NCBI GenBank assembly: GCA_028534125.1
Contig: CM052817.1
Coordinates: 63,800,001-63,864,000 of the forward strand
Reading direction: 5' to 3'
Length of the DNA: 64,000 bases
Source of the DNA: Lama glama
Lineage: Eukaryota
A model generated the notes under the pieces. It saw only the letters and a list, made by a program, of their open reading frames with translations, was not told where the DNA came from and did not search any database. The translations under genes were made by a program, and so were the position numbers. The first letter of the stretch is position 1, and every line of letters starts with the position of its first letter. Shown piece by piece: positions 38,456 through 52,369 of the stretch.

Positions 38456-41400
38456 CCTACCTTGTTACCAGGCTTAAACAACATATACCATTTTAAATTT
38501 TTTCATAGGACTCTATTCAGTTTTTGCATTAGAATTAACTAAACCTCATTTTTCTTACAGTTAGGGCATTTGAAACTTTTTATTATTTGTGTTCTTGGAT
38601 GACTACACTTGATGCTTAAACTTTGCACATATTAATAACTGTTTCTTAGGGTCATATCGGAAGTAGAATTTCAGAGTTAAATGGCATGTACATTTAAAAC
38701 ATTCTGCCAGAGAATTACTGATACTACTTTATACTTCCACCATGATGTATGAGAGGCCCTAATTTTCCACACCCTCAATGTTTCATTTTCTGTTTAAATT
38801 TGCTGAGTATTTTCTTCCTCTAAATGTCCAAAAACAGATCAATATACGAGATAAAATAATGTTTAATTCCTTTTCTACTTAACAATTTTACTTTACCTGA
38901 GCTGGATCAATCACAAAGTCATTTACATATCCTTGAATTAAAACTCGGTGCGTAAGAGGAGATTGCTTTATAATGTGATACACCTCATTTAATAATTTCT
39001 TCATTAAATGACTCTAATGTGTTTTTACTGGTTACACAACATTTAATGGTATATAGTATACTGATTGCAAATATACTTCCCTCTTTAGACTAATGAAAAT
39101 GAGTTTTATCCTTCTTAAATATCTTCAAAGACTTCATTTATAAATAAAACAAAATCACTTCTATACTATTAATAAAAGTTCGAAAACAACTTGAAATAAA
39201 TATATGGCTGTAAATTGTTGAGTGATTGAATGAATGTGCTATAAGTTTTGTGAGTCCCACGAGAAGACTATTATTCATGTATCAACAAACTCATAACTTC
39301 TAACACATCATTTATCAACCTCACTTCTTAACACTTTTTCCTCCAAATATAAGATAGTCGGTAATTAATTTTAAGTTGGCAATTATTTTATCTATAGGTA
39401 GAAAGATAACAATATAAATGTACTTTAAGTTCTATAAGGCAAAGCATTCAATTCGGAGTGATGTCATGACTCAAGAACAAATACGCATATCATGTTCTGC
39501 AAATTAATTCAAACAATCTTATAGTTTCACTTATGTGTGTGTGTGTATACACACATAATAACAGAAAATAATTTTATCTGACTCATAAAGAATGTGATAT
39601 AAAACCCAAAAAGGCCCTTCTCATTGGTATTGCTATTGGTATTAGGGTAAAACAAAATTACCAATGTTTAAATGACAAATAACGGGGTTAAAAAACACTT
39701 TTTTTCTTATTTTATTTCTAAGAAGATATGACAGGAAAGGATATCATTCATAGGATAAACACTGACACAAAGCATACAACCAACAGAACTATTATCACTG
39801 TACCTTTTGATTATAGGACAATGATTTTTTTTAAAAAATCAGAAGACAACAAATTAGTTGTCTCCAGTGAAAGTCAGATAATATTAAGAACTGTAAATAG
39901 AAGTGGGCTTTTCTTATTTTAGAATCAAGACATTTGTCATATTCATCAATAAAAATCTAATCCAAATAAGAATCAACAAAAAGTGAGAAATCTGTCTAGA
40001 GAGTTGATAACATCAAATTTGACTTCTTTTCCCTGATTGGATCAATGTAACAGAGAGTCTGGACAAATAGCAGTTAATTTTCAATTACCAAAACAAAGCA
40101 TGGATATTAACTGAATTGGCCCTGGTCACCTATTAAGTCTATGTTAGAGATGTATTTGGACTCTATACCTAAAACAGCAGATTAAATTTAAAAGAATGAA
40201 CAATTGCATAATCATTACAGCATCTACATATGGCAGAGGCAATCAAATTTCATACATCACGGCATCAGGTAATTGCTTCAGAAGTCCATATTTTTTTTCT
40301 TATGTGGTAATTATAGAGGCATGTGGAATTTCTGCTATCATTTCTTTGAAGTATAGGCTATTTTAAGATGCAGGATGGCAAATGATGAAATATTGGTTTA
40401 AACAATGTGATAAACATTTTTTATCTAGCAAGCTGGCTACTTTACAGTTGTATAGCGACTTTGACAGTCCATATGTCTTTGACTTCCAAATAATAATTGT
40501 CTTCATAATGAAGCTATTTCCCTCTCTCAAATTCTTTCAGAAGCTACTGTTGGCTTGGCATTAAGAAGAAACATGTTTCTTATTATAAGATTTTATACTT
40601 CTAAGGGACTTAAGGGGTTCTGAAAATGACTCTGAAATACAGTCTTATTAATCTTTACTATTCTCATGAGAGCCAAGTAGTTGGAAAATATTATCCCAAT
40701 TTTATAAGAGAAACTAATAAAACAATTAGTGAATTTACTTGCCCAAGGCTAAACATTGAAACAATGAAAAGTCAGAGTCCCAATCCTGGCACTTAATTGA
40801 AACTCTTACTATGATTTCCATCTGTAATAATTTTTATGGAGAATAGGGTAAAGACAAAGAAGAAAAAAAAATCTTTAAAAATTATGAAGATCAACCTAGT
40901 CTACCTCAAGAGACTCTGGAATACATATTTATTTGCTACATGCTTGATTGTGCTTGGTCATGGTGACAGTGATGGTACCTGAACTTCAAAGAACCAATTT
41001 CCCTGCACCAATTCTGGGTAACCACATATTGAGTGTGGTCAGGGACACACTAAAGGTGTTTGAATTCTACTTTGAAAGAAAGCTGAAACCTGACAAAATC
41101 AACAATGGTACCATAACTCAAGAGAAGAACAAGATAATAAGAAAAGTTAAACTTGGACTTAAAATGGACCTTTTAGTTGGTAATATATTCAATTCTTGAA
41201 AGACAATGAAAAACAAAGCAATCCTCTATGACTCTCAGCATCTCCAAATATTTTAATTTGCTTGACCTGTTGTATTCTCCTGCTTTGATTTTCCATTAAA
41301 AACTCTCAAGTGTCTCTATCCTGTTTCATTTTTTTTCTTCACAGTCTCATAAAGATTCATTACAACAGTCTGGTTGTTTAGTGGCAATATGTTTGTAAAT

Positions 41401-42013
41401 TACTGTTGGAAACTATTGTTCCTATTCTCTGTCTAGTTCTTCGGTGTGAAATGTGTGAAATGACATACTTACTGATTTATCTTCATTAATAAGCAAAATT
41501 ATTTCATTCAATTTTAGTACAAAAATGCTATTCGTAATAGCTAAACTCATCCCAATTTTAAAAATCAAAATTATTTTTGGAATTTCAACCACCCAAATAA
41601 ATGTTTACCTTTTATACCGCTGCTTAATACTTGAGGAAAATTAAAATGATTCCATTGAGACTGGAGTGATGTATACCTTGTATGCAGCTGATTTCCAAAT
41701 CAGTAGTTATTTGTCCTCTAATAACTGTAGCATATTAAGAGTTTGATGTTTTTTCTTTAATAGAAAATGACTTGTTAGCTTTAGCAAAATTAGTAAAATT
41801 GTCTTTGGTAAAATTAAGACAATAAAAGTCCAAACAAATCTTCCTACAGTTGAAAAACTAATCTAAGATCTTTCACTAAATAAGCAGGTTTTTCTTGAAC
41901 TGCATACTTAAAACAGACATGGTAAATGCAAATGTATGTTTACAATTGTCTATTTTAATAAGGAAATCTTAGTTTTTTTTCCCCATATCTTTAAAGTGAC
42001 AGCCTACACTTAC

Positions 42014-42173
42014 CTGGTCCATCAGTGATTTTGTCCAGACACCGAGGAGTTGTGCTAAGAAAGGAGGCATGTTTTATTTTAGCCACAGAACTACGAGGTG
42101 GCATGTATTTATGCTGAACTTGAGACATCTCATATGATTTCTGAACATCATAGGTGCCTGGTGCTGGAATACC
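42014..42173 (-). CDS. STPG2: Internal coding exon (160 bp) of sperm-tail PG-rich repeat-containing protein 2
   Basis: Minus-strand acceptor TTTGTTTCAG|GGTATT (AG at 42175-42174) and donor GGACCAG|GTAAGT (GT at 42013-42012). It encodes 53 codons plus 1 nt: GIPAPGTYDVQKSYEMSQVQHKYMPPRSSVAKIKHASFLSTTPRCLDKITDGP(G). It has the PAPGxY and GPG motifs of the SHIPPO/PG-rich repeat family and closely matches my recollection of the human STPG2 C-terminal region. Phase 0 in, phase 1 out. Confidence 0.93.
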
Positions 42174-42909
42174 CTGAAACAAATTTCAATAGGTAAGATT
42201 AAATACATAGAAAATTTCCAAAAAGACATAGCATAGATGCTCTCACTAAGCAATGGTATACACAGAAAAACTGGAAATTTTTATTTAATCATTAAAAATA
42301 GAAATCTAAGAGTATGATTAAATCTATGCCCTTCTAATAAAAGTGTAAATTCACTTGTCAAAATTTAAGATAAAATAAACACAATTATGAAATATAAGTT
42401 ACATTTTAAAAAAAGCCATCATAAACTCTAATTTTCAAACTTCATAATGAAAATCAAACTTTATACAGAAGTGAGAGCAGTGATTATTTGTCTTCTTAAG
42501 CAGCAAAACTATTCCTGCTTTACTGTCCAAAGTGAGCATACTTTACTTATTCTACAAATGAGTCTTACTTCATTTTTAACAGATTTCAATTAAGTTAAAA
42601 GGCTTCCCCTTTCATCACTTATGGCTCTTTACATGCTCCACAGTTACATTAACATTTCTAATCAACATAAACCACATAGATATTAATAACGGCAATAATA
42701 ATTTTAATCTAAATTAAATTTAAAAATCATATATTTGTTGCACAATTAATGCCTGTAAACCATTAGCTAATTACCTCAATGAAAACTTTTTCAACTCATT
42801 TTCTTCAAATTACTTTAAAATACAACATATTATATATAACAAATTTGTTCATCTGTACTATGTATAAAGACCATGGTGTTTAAGTTTTAATGATTCTGGC
42901 AGGCAGGAC

Positions 42910-43160
42910 ACTTGTACTGTGGCTAAGGGTGTAGACTCTAGCACTAAGACTTCTTTGGTTCCAAACATTTGCTCCTTACTTGCTGTGGGACCCTAAGCAA
43001 GCCACTTAACCTCTGTGATCCTCAGTGTCATCTGTAACCAGGGAAACAACAGAAATCATATCATATGTCATAGGGTTACTGTGAGGATTAAATAAGTTAA
43101 AACAAGTTAAATACTTACCTTGGTCCCTGATTGTATAAAAGGGTTAGCTAACCTTACTAT
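42910..43160 (+). mobile_element. MIR
   Basis: cttacttgctgtgggaccctaagcaagccacttaacctctgtgatcctcagt ... catagggttactgtgaggattaaat. Confidence 0.75.
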
Positions 43161-44933
43161 TCTACAAAAGCTAATTCTAACATAAAAAACAAGACTGAAC
43201 AATCAGGGTCTAGGCTATGAGAGAAGAATTTTCATGTTTCAAATAAGTCAAACAAATTCGGATACTGAAAAAACAAACTTTTGAAGTCCCTCTAGAAGCC
43301 ATACTTTATAAAACATACTTTCTCCTGTTCCTTATATCCCTATTAACACCCTCAAGCATATGCCCACAACATTATCTTCCACTTCCAAAGAATCACTAAA
43401 TATGGTAAGAGTACTGATCATGACTAGCGGAGGAGATTCTTACATGAAACCCCATATTTCTGGTTTAAGGACTGTGTCAATCAGTAAATCAACTAAGAAA
43501 TATCAGCAGTTATTTTCTCCTTGCTGGCATCAGGAATATATTTAGTAAAGGTAGGCTGAGGGTAAGCATCGTAGCAACAGTTCAAAAAAGATGACATTTG
43601 GGTCTTTTGAGGCTGCTTCTGCAGTATGTAAAAGGAAAGTGGAGCACAAAAACGCAAAGAAATCATGAGTACACAATGTACCCAGAGTATCTGGGAAAGC
43701 TTTCCAAAGATCTTGATTACCCTACTATGCATTTTCATTTCCTTATCAGAAACTGTCATCGTTCCTGCTTCCCTTAACACTGTCTGGAGTCACGTCACCA
43801 CCTAGTCCTCTTCCAGTTCTGAGCCTAGATATAACTGACGGGTTTGGCTGCTGCCATGCAGGAAGGAAGCTTTTTTTTTTTTTAATGCCTTGAAGCAAAA
43901 GTAAGAAATTGCACAAGTAATCGGTTTTCTTCAACAACAATGTGTTTCCACCAAGGAAATTTCAACAAACTAGTTACCCTAAATTTCATTAGATTCATTG
44001 GCTCCTCTACCAAGTGAAAATATACTGCCCTCATTCATGACCACCCCTTTTTATGGCATTTTTACACTTCTCTGAAAACTTATTCCCTATTTGTGTCCTT
44101 TATTGATGTTTATAGGCTCTTCTTACTCATCTTCAATTCTCTGAACAAGAAATTAACATGTCAAGTAAATTTCCTAGGCATTAATTAATTTTCAGGACTT
44201 AAAACAAATCTGAAATCCTGTCTAGTAGCAATAACTTAGACATACTTATACATAATACTCTACTTCATTTTAGGAAAAAATAGTATGTATAGATAAGATC
44301 ACCAAATCTCTGCTGGTAAGCCTTTATACATCACAGAAAATAGGGAAGGCTGGTGATGCGTGACTATAATAGACATTTCTCATGCCTTTTTTTAACCCAG
44401 AATCTGACTCCCATTCCTGTGTTTGGGAAATTCCACATGCTTTGCAGCAGAATCTGAATCCCAGCACAAAATCTAAAACTATCTGATTCTCATTTTCCTG
44501 ATCTAATTTTAGAAATCTAGGACAAGAATCTAGGTCACAGGCTTAAATGACAGCCTTTGAACTGGCAGCCAGTTTAAAAACAAAACAAAAAAAACCAGAA
44601 CATTTAAAATTCCGTTTTAGATTTTATTTATTTTTTAGTTTAAATAAATTGAATTTTTTTTTAAATTCTATTCTAGTGATGGCACTGGCAGGGCTAGCAG
44701 CTATATCCAGTGCTCAGAAGCAACAGTGGGAGGACAAACTGAAAGAAGCAATTAAGAGACTGAGGGAAAATGCCACAAAATGTCTAATGAAATAAAAGCT
44801 ATGCCTCAAGGCAAATTAAAGTAAGTCTAAAATGTCCTGACTTCTTCATCTGGAAAACCAGGACCCTACCTAAAAATGACATAAATAACAGGGTTAAAAT
44901 AACTGATGTATGCAAAATTCTTAGAATGGTGTC

Positions 44934-45262
44934 TATAAAAATAATGAATAAATAAAAACCTCAACTAAATATGGTCAGATCAGAAGGGGGAGGTCTCATA
45001 CACTATGACAACTGCAGAGCCCAACAGGAAGAAGACCCTCTTCTCTCCTGACACGGACTCAGCCAATGAAATGCCACCAACTCTGTTTCCTATCATCCTC
45101 CGAACTTCCTTTTACTCTCTGGAAAGTGTTCTTCCCTTGCCCTGCAGGAACTTGCACGTGGCTACCATTGTCGCAGACACTGAATCGCAATTCTCTACTG
45201 ATCCCAAATAAACCCACCTTTGCTGGAGAAATATCTGGCAGCCTATTTGTTTTAGGTCAACA
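44934..45262 (+). mobile_element. Solo ERV1-class LTR inserted into a MIR tail
   Basis: CCAAT (cagccaatga), cccaaataaaccc poly(A) signal and end tttaggtcaaca. Flanks cttagaatggtgtc and tacctgatacgtaacaagtact rejoin into a MIR 3' end. Confidence 0.7.
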
Positions 45263-45463
45263 TACCTGATACGTAACAAGTACTAGTGTTTGCTTTCATT
45301 GTCATCATCGTTACCAATATTATTATGTCTATTAATTGTGGAACTTTATGAAACCTCAGTGGTATCTCCCTTTCCTACAGAGAGATGCCAACAGGATATT
45401 TAAAAGGAAAGCTCCTAGTATTTTAAGCCCCGAACAACAACAACAAAATCAAATTAGGTAAGT

Positions 45464-45966
45464 TGTTGGGAATCACATGAAGACAGTGAATCAGGCAGCT
45501 AAAAAAATACCACTGGTGGCAACCAACTTGAAAGAAACTTTGTATTTTGGAAAAACCTTTTCCCATACTTTGTGGTTTCATTCAATTATGTCAAGTTGAA
45601 GTCCCTGTACAATTCCCCAGGCCCAGAACTCCTGCATTAACCACTTAAAATCCAACCCTAACTGATCTATAGCCCCAAAGACCAGCTCCTCATTTCAAAA
45701 AATTCAAAAATTTTCCCATCCTTGTTTACTGCCATTTTGACATATGACTTTCCATATAGTCTCTAACTTGGACATATTAAACTACATGTATGCTCTGATG
45801 TTCCAAAACTTTGATTACCAAACACCAACAATTAAACCCCTCAGCCTCAGCAAGAAATGGAGCATTTGAATGCTGAGTTGTCTTACAAGCTGTAAGACAC
45901 TGCAAATAAATACTGAACTTGAGTTTTAGGCTCAGTTTTATTCTGGTAAATTAAAGCTCTTTTAAC
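45464..45966 (+). mobile_element. Probable old ERV1-class LTR
   Basis: tgttggg ... ctgcaaataaa ... ttttaaca termini, about 500 bp, C-rich U3-like middle. Family not identified. Confidence 0.4.
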
Positions 45967-46652
45967 ATGTATTTATATTGCAATCCGCTTTCTTCTATAT
46001 GGGCATTTACCAAGTCAGGGCAAGAGCTAAAGATTAGGTTTTTCATAGGCAGACAGATTATTTTAAGGGAAAGAGGAACTAGTGGAGCTTTCAAAGGTCA
46101 CATAGTCTATCACAGCAAACTGAAGACTAGGGGAGCCCAAACTCATCACCTGTGCTTTACAATGTAGTAACTGCTAAGTGCTAGAGCAGGCAAAAGGACA
46201 GAGGTTTGGGCTGAAGAGACAGAAATCAGTCTACAGTCTAGTGATGCTTAGGAGCCAAATTCACACTAGAGCAAGGGCTGACAACAACTACAATCCTCTT
46301 CCTCAAGATACTTCCCACATTTTGAAACTGAATGGCATAAAAAACTAAAGAGTAAGCTAAGTATTTGTAAAGAGTAAGACTTGCAGAAAGAGAAGAGACC
46401 CTCAGGCACTCAACCAAAAACTCAGAAGGGCAACGTGAAAGAGGGCACAGAGCCACAAAGGCAGAGTGGAATCTCAGTCTTGCTGTGCTTAGGAGACAAA
46501 CTCTCACAGCAGTATACATCAGGTCTAACAGTAATAGCTATAGAAAGAAATTCATACACTTCATGAAAGTTAAAATTCTAAGCAATTAAATCAGAACAAC
46601 TTCTTTCAAGTTATGAAATAAATGTTTTTTCCACTTCTGCTTCTAGTACCAT

Positions 46653-46690
46653 ACACACACACACACACTCACACACTCACACACTCACAC
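46653..46690. repeat. (AC)n/(CACACT)n microsatellite
   Basis: Read directly. Confidence 0.9.
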
Positions 46691-47504
46691 GATGTTAGGT
46701 AGCATAATATAATAAATCACTCACTAGCTATGATTTGGACTAAAATAAACTTTAATTATGATTTGGGGTAACTTATTCTAGCTGTTATTTCATAGCCAAG
46801 TACATTCTAGTCTAAAATTTTATTTTAAAATTCCAAATACATGATTATTAAAAAGTCACTTAGGCCTTTTACAATGAAACTTGTCACATTAGTGAAGCAA
46901 CTTAGACAACATCAAGGATACTTCCCATTAAAGCTTCAAATCAAAATCTTTCATCAAATATATATGGTGAAAAAAATTATAGGCCGTAAATGTAGTGAAG
47001 TTTGCCTGAATATGCAGAAAACTTTGATTAAAGCAATTTACCAATATGTTTAACCAAGTTGTTTAATTTTGGCTTTATAAAGAAAGGCATTTCGGATGAT
47101 AATCAAATTATCTTTGTTTTGAATATTGCAAATTATAATTACAAACATGTTACCCTTGCCATTTTTCAGCATTCCTAATATTCATTCTTCTAAACATACA
47201 CCTTTTTAAGTATATGACTTAGAAAATAATGTGTTATTTTACAAAGAAAAGTATTTTAATATAGATATGACATAATGTTAATTGTAAATTATAGTAAAAA
47301 TAGGAAATATTTATTCCATTTTCTGTATTCTCCTGGTATAGTGAAAAAGACCCTTTATCCTAATACTATTTTATGAAAGCAATTGTAATTGTCAGCTGCA
47401 CCATGATTCTTCAAGGCTCAGTAAAGAATAACAAAAAATGCTGATGAACAGAATCATGTAGGCAATAAAACCATTGATTTCACCTAATTTCTTCAACATA
47501 ACAT

Positions 47505-48068
47505 TATGCAACTCAACACTTCAGTCACAAATTTCCAGTTGTCTGCTGTACATTTCCACTTCATTATTCTCAGATAGCCTTAAAATAAAACTCATTATCT
47601 TCCCTTCCCCAACTAGCCAACCATCTGTCCTTTCTCTCCTGCCTACAGTAACTCCTTACCTAGCCAGCCCTGAAAACAGAAAGCTGGCTCTCACTTTTTT
47701 TCACCTTCTTTCTCACATCTGAAAAAAAAAAAAAAAAATCAACCAATCAACCCTCTTTCCCTTACTACCAAAAAAACCCTGGAAAGCACTCTAAAATACT
47801 ACTTGACATCTGTACTAACCACCTCTTTAACCTTTAGGTGTTCCAGTCTCAAACCTCTGGCATCCCAGCAGCAAAATAGTTATTGTAACAAAACACGGCA
47901 GACATCTGCTAGAAGCATTCATTGGCTCCCAAGTGTCTATAGGAAAAAAAATTCAGAAAATTCTCCTTGATATGCAAAGCCTTTCTAAATTTGAAGGTAA
48001 ACTGACAATTTTAAAATTCAGTTCAAAGGGAACATCTTCCATGAAGAATTCTTGATCACTCTAGCTAG
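47505..48068 (+). mobile_element. Degenerate L2 fragments
   Basis: atttccagttgtctgctgtacatttccactt, aaaactcattatcttccc, cattcattggctccc. The matching 3' end appears at about 49080-49320. Confidence 0.55.
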
Positions 48069-48090
48069 AACTGATATCCTTTACTTTTTA

Positions 48091-48246
48091 TGAACACCTT
48101 TATTGTGGTATGATTCCTGTACAGTAAACGACACATACTTCAGACATACATTTTTATGAATTTTGATAGATGTAGACACCAATGAAACCACCACCACAAT
48201 CAAGATAGGTAACATTTCCATCACTCCCCAAGAGGGGCAATTTTCA
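48091..48246 (-). mobile_element. Short L1 3'-terminal fragment (L1MD/L1ME-like) with 22-bp flanking direct repeats
   Basis: tttattgtggtatg..tacagtaaa..atgaattttgatagatgta..gaaaccaccaccacaatcaagataggtaacatttccatcactcc. Confidence 0.75.
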
Positions 48247-48469
48247 AACTGATATCCTTTACTTTTTAATTTTATTACTGTTTGTATAAACACATAAACA
48301 TAAATAGCATATTAAACAAATATACCATATTTACTTGAACATCTCTTTCTTTCTTTGTCAATATAAGAGCAGAAAGAAAAAAGCACCTGACAAGAAGGAA
48401 GGCAAGGTTTCCACAGATAAAAGATTCTGTGTACCCGACATATCTGCAGATCAAATTTTCTTTTATTCT

Positions 48470-48900
48470 CTCAAATTAAAAACTCACAGTAGGAATCCAG
48501 GAGCCTAGGGGCTCCACAGTAACACTGGGAATCTAGGTCCTTTCACGCTTTCTGTTTCACCACTTAGATTGGACTCTCATCCTACTGTTCTCAAGATACT
48601 GATCATAGCTCCCGCATAGCATTATCATTTCAGAAATAAAGGGACAGGACAAAAAGCAAAAATTGTGTTTAACAGCTGAAACACTTTCTAAGAGGAACTT
48701 TCCTAGAATCCCAAACCACTAACTTTTTGCTTTCTTCCCATTGGTTAAAATTGTGTCAAATAACCACCTAATAGCTATAAGGGAACTTAAAAAAAGTAGT
48801 TGTTTTACCTGGGCATTTTGTTCTTCTAAATAAAACTGGGTTCTGTTAGTAAGAAAGAAAAAGAAAATATATATGGGGTAGGCACCTAGTAATCTCACAC
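48470..48900 (-). mobile_element. Old MaLR LTR (MLT1J-like)
   Basis: cattggttaaaattgtgtcaaataaccacc..agctataaggga and ctgggcatttt..ctaaataaaactgggttctgttagtaagaaagaa..ggggtaggca. Confidence 0.7.
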
Positions 48901-49079
48901 GTAACTGCTGCCTTTGAGGGCACTAGAACCATAAAAAATTAACCCATTTCTAGAATACTATCTAGGATATTAGACTACATAAAAGGCTATTTTGACCCAT
49001 GGCTTATTGGCTTAGTTGTCTAATTCTCGCTCCTCCTTTGGGTCTCAAATCTTCCCTGAATCTATTTGTTCTTTCAATA

Positions 49080-49320
49080 AGCTTTCAGAATACATAGCTC
49101 TTAAATTTGCAGCCACTGTTACACTTTGAATTAAACAAGTCTTTATTTGTTTATGTCATTCATTTCAATAGAAATGTAAGCTTCTTGAAGGTTCAGAAAG
49201 CATCTGTTTTGTTCATCATCATATCCTCAATGCTGGAAATGCCCAGAACACAGAACGTGATCAATGAGCATTTTTTAATCAATGAGTAGATATATGAGCT
49301 AACGAATGAGTGAATGAATC
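49080..49320 (+). mobile_element. L2 3' terminus
   Basis: aatgtaagcttcttgaagg..atctgttttgttcatcatcatatcctcaatgc..gaatgagtgaatgaat. Confidence 0.7.
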
Positions 49321-51124
49321 TATCAGTATCTGTCTACCTCGAAGCTTTCCCTTTCATGTGTGCCCTTATCATTGAGTTTCTCCATAAAAGTAGGGTTGAC
49401 ACTGTCTTAAAAGTCTTTTCAACCCCTACCAGTGCTTAAATTTGCCTCAGATGTAAGCAGTTCTTTATAAAATGTCTGTTATGTAAAGCTGCTCAAGTAC
49501 TGCTTTCCCTAAAGCAGAACACCAGCTTCTGGAAAAGATAAATGTAATTTATAATCTCAACAATGATGTAGAAGTATGGACACTTCCATTTAAACTGACC
49601 AAGGACTAACTTCCACAAAATCATTACAGTGTGTCTCTAGGTAGTTAAATTTGATTAATATTTTATGTGAAATGTATTTCTTTCTCTTTGCTATCAAAAA
49701 AGTAGACTTTTACTTTTGATGTTTGAGCTTTTCATGACCACCTCTGACACTGGTTTTATAGAAAAAAATGTGTATCTCAGCAGATTTAAAGTAAAACATG
49801 TGAACAGAAATGGCCTATATAACCTTTCTCTTCCTGTAAATGATAATGCTACTGAGGCACAGAAGTAGATCATTGCTAGTTATACTAGCTCTGACTGACA
49901 TATCATTTCTTCAGCATTTCATCAACTCAATAAAAATTCAAAAGCTAATTATTTTCTAAGTTGAATGTGAAAAGGAAGAAAGTTAATGTAAATTATTCTT
50001 TAAAAAGAACATGATTGCTCCCAGAGCCAGTTGGACAGATTTGGATAAGGCACTAAAAATCACCTTGATAAACTTAGAAAACTTACGAGAGGTAAAATTT
50101 GAATGTGATTTGTGAGTTATCTATGAATTTGAGTAACAGAATTTTGAAAATTGTTCATTAACTGTAGAGAAATGTGTACAATAGTCAAATCAGTTTGTTA
50201 TGTTCAAACTCTGTGAAATCAAACAACCCGTATTATCATCTACATTATGTTCAGTATGTCAAGAATTATCCATTGTTTAAAAAGAGGAATCATTTCAAGG
50301 TACTGCTACTGAAATATCACAGAACTTCAAGTCAGAATTGCTGGGTTATATTCATAGCCTTATTAATAGCTTCAAGAAGGCCCTCAAGGATCTCACCCAC
50401 TCATGCAGTCCCCTTCTACCACGATGTATGCTGAAGGTCATGTTCAGAAATATTTAGCAGGTCACCGTGCAAAAACATGGCATTTTTTTTCTCTTCTTAC
50501 GAGACTGGCAGTAGATGAATAGAACTATTCATATTTGGAAGTTGCCCCACCATCCCTAGCAAGCTAAGAGTGGGCAGAATGATCCAGGCTGGCTTTCTGT
50601 AAGCTAGAAATATCTTAGCATCCTATTACCTACTTCAACAGTAATTATGGTTATATCTAGACAGAGAAGAGTAAAAGTGATGACAGAGAGGAATAAACTA
50701 CAAAAAACACGAAAAGAGAAGAGAAAAAGCAAATAACTGACAAGGACAGTGTGGAACAATAGGAAAGGAACATTGCTTAGACAGAGAGAGAAGGAGCTCC
50801 AGTACTGTTAACTGTACACAAAAATAACATTTTATGGCACATAGGTTGTAGATCTCTATAGCAAAAGACAACCTGTACATCTGAAATGCAGGGAATCTAA
50901 TTATTCTCTCTTCATGTTCCCTAAACATATTTTCTGATAAATGAAATATATTATAATTAGCTCCTCTTCTTCCAGATGGTGCTTATGTGACAGTAAAGAA
51001 TTGTGCAAGTTATCTTATACTTGGTGTCAAATTTCACAGCACATTTTTTTAGAAACGCTATATGTTTGTTGACTGACAAAAATTTACTGAGTCTTTACTA
51101 AGCACTGGGATTAGTGTCCACCAA

Positions 51125-51365
51125 TAGCAAAGATTATGGACTCTGAAGCTATTGCCTGGGCTCAAGCCCTGGCCTGGCATTTTTGCTAACCATATAACCA
51201 TGGGTAAATCTTCTGTCTCAATTTCCTCACACATAAAATAGGTATAATGACACTAGTTCACATCCCCTTAGTGTTCTTTTAAGGATAAATGAATTAATAT
51301 ATGTGCAACACTGAGTGCCACGCACTAAGGTGAGCACTACTTGAACAACTTCCGGTTATTATTAT
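51125..51365 (+). mobile_element. MIR
   Basis: tggactctgaagctattgcctgggctcaagccctggc ... ctgtctcaatttcctca ... aaggataaatgaattaatatatgt. Confidence 0.75.
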
Positions 51366-52369
51366 ACTTCATTATAAATATTTGAGTTCCTAATATCTCA
51401 CATATGTAGGTAGCACTTTATTTTTCCCCCAAATTTAATACAAGTGCTATTTGAAAGTAATATATTCTTCGATGTGATAAATAAATTAAATTTTAGAACA
51501 GTTAAAAATAGTATCAATAGATCTGTTTCAAATGACAACATGTACTAAGACTGACATGAAATTGTAAACTTATGGCCAAATTTAACAAATATCTATATTA
51601 GACGTAAAAAAACCATTTATTAACATTACTGAAGAAATGTCATGCTAAAAAATCTTATTTTAACCTTTTCCCATGCATTTTAGGGTATTGTTTACTGAAC
51701 AAGTTTAAATGTCTTTGTTATAGTTATGGAGAATCTATACTTCAATATATCCAAGAAAAATGTAAATTTTCTAGTCCCAGGTTCCGGTTTTGTGAAACAC
51801 AAACATTTTTAATACCTTAAAGATATGACTACCTTGAGAAAACTAAATTTCTGATTTATAAAATCCTTAGCCTGTATCAATGCCTATACAATAAACAGAT
51901 AAGTCAATTAAGCATGTACAAAAGCATGTGAAAAGGAAGACAAGTGTAAGAGAAGGAAAAGCTTGCAGTTTCAGTTTGGAAAAGCATCTCTCATGATGTC
52001 ACTCCAAATTTTCCAGGGAATTCATGGCAAATATAAAAAAGAAAGAAAAATATAATAAACTAAAAGCAAAATGAAATAAGCCAAAAAAGCCAATAAACCA
52101 GAAGCAAAGAGGAGTATCTGATAAATTATATAGTCCAGAATAGCAAACAAAAGTTGGTAGACAATGCTTATCTTGTTTACCTGAAATAAGTAATACTAAA
52201 TTGGATAAAAAGAGAAGAGACGCTGCATCTGCCTCTACTGTCTGCTCCTGGCTCAGAGATCTAAAATCGGTATCACACAGTAATCCGTGTGATACAGTAT
52301 AGATCATCTTGGATGCAATCTTTGATGCAATCAAGTACTGTTCTATTTTCCCTTCTATCACATTCCTGC

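Noticed and set aside
41677..41843. Extra STPG2 exon candidate on the minus strand (ctgtag| ... |gtatac)
   Set aside because: Weak donor, an in-frame stop when joined to the real exon, and no PG-repeat similarity.
41991..42182. 63-aa ORF as a standalone gene
   Set aside because: The first residues (MFQ) and last residues (KCRLSL) are intronic; only 42014-42173 is exonic.
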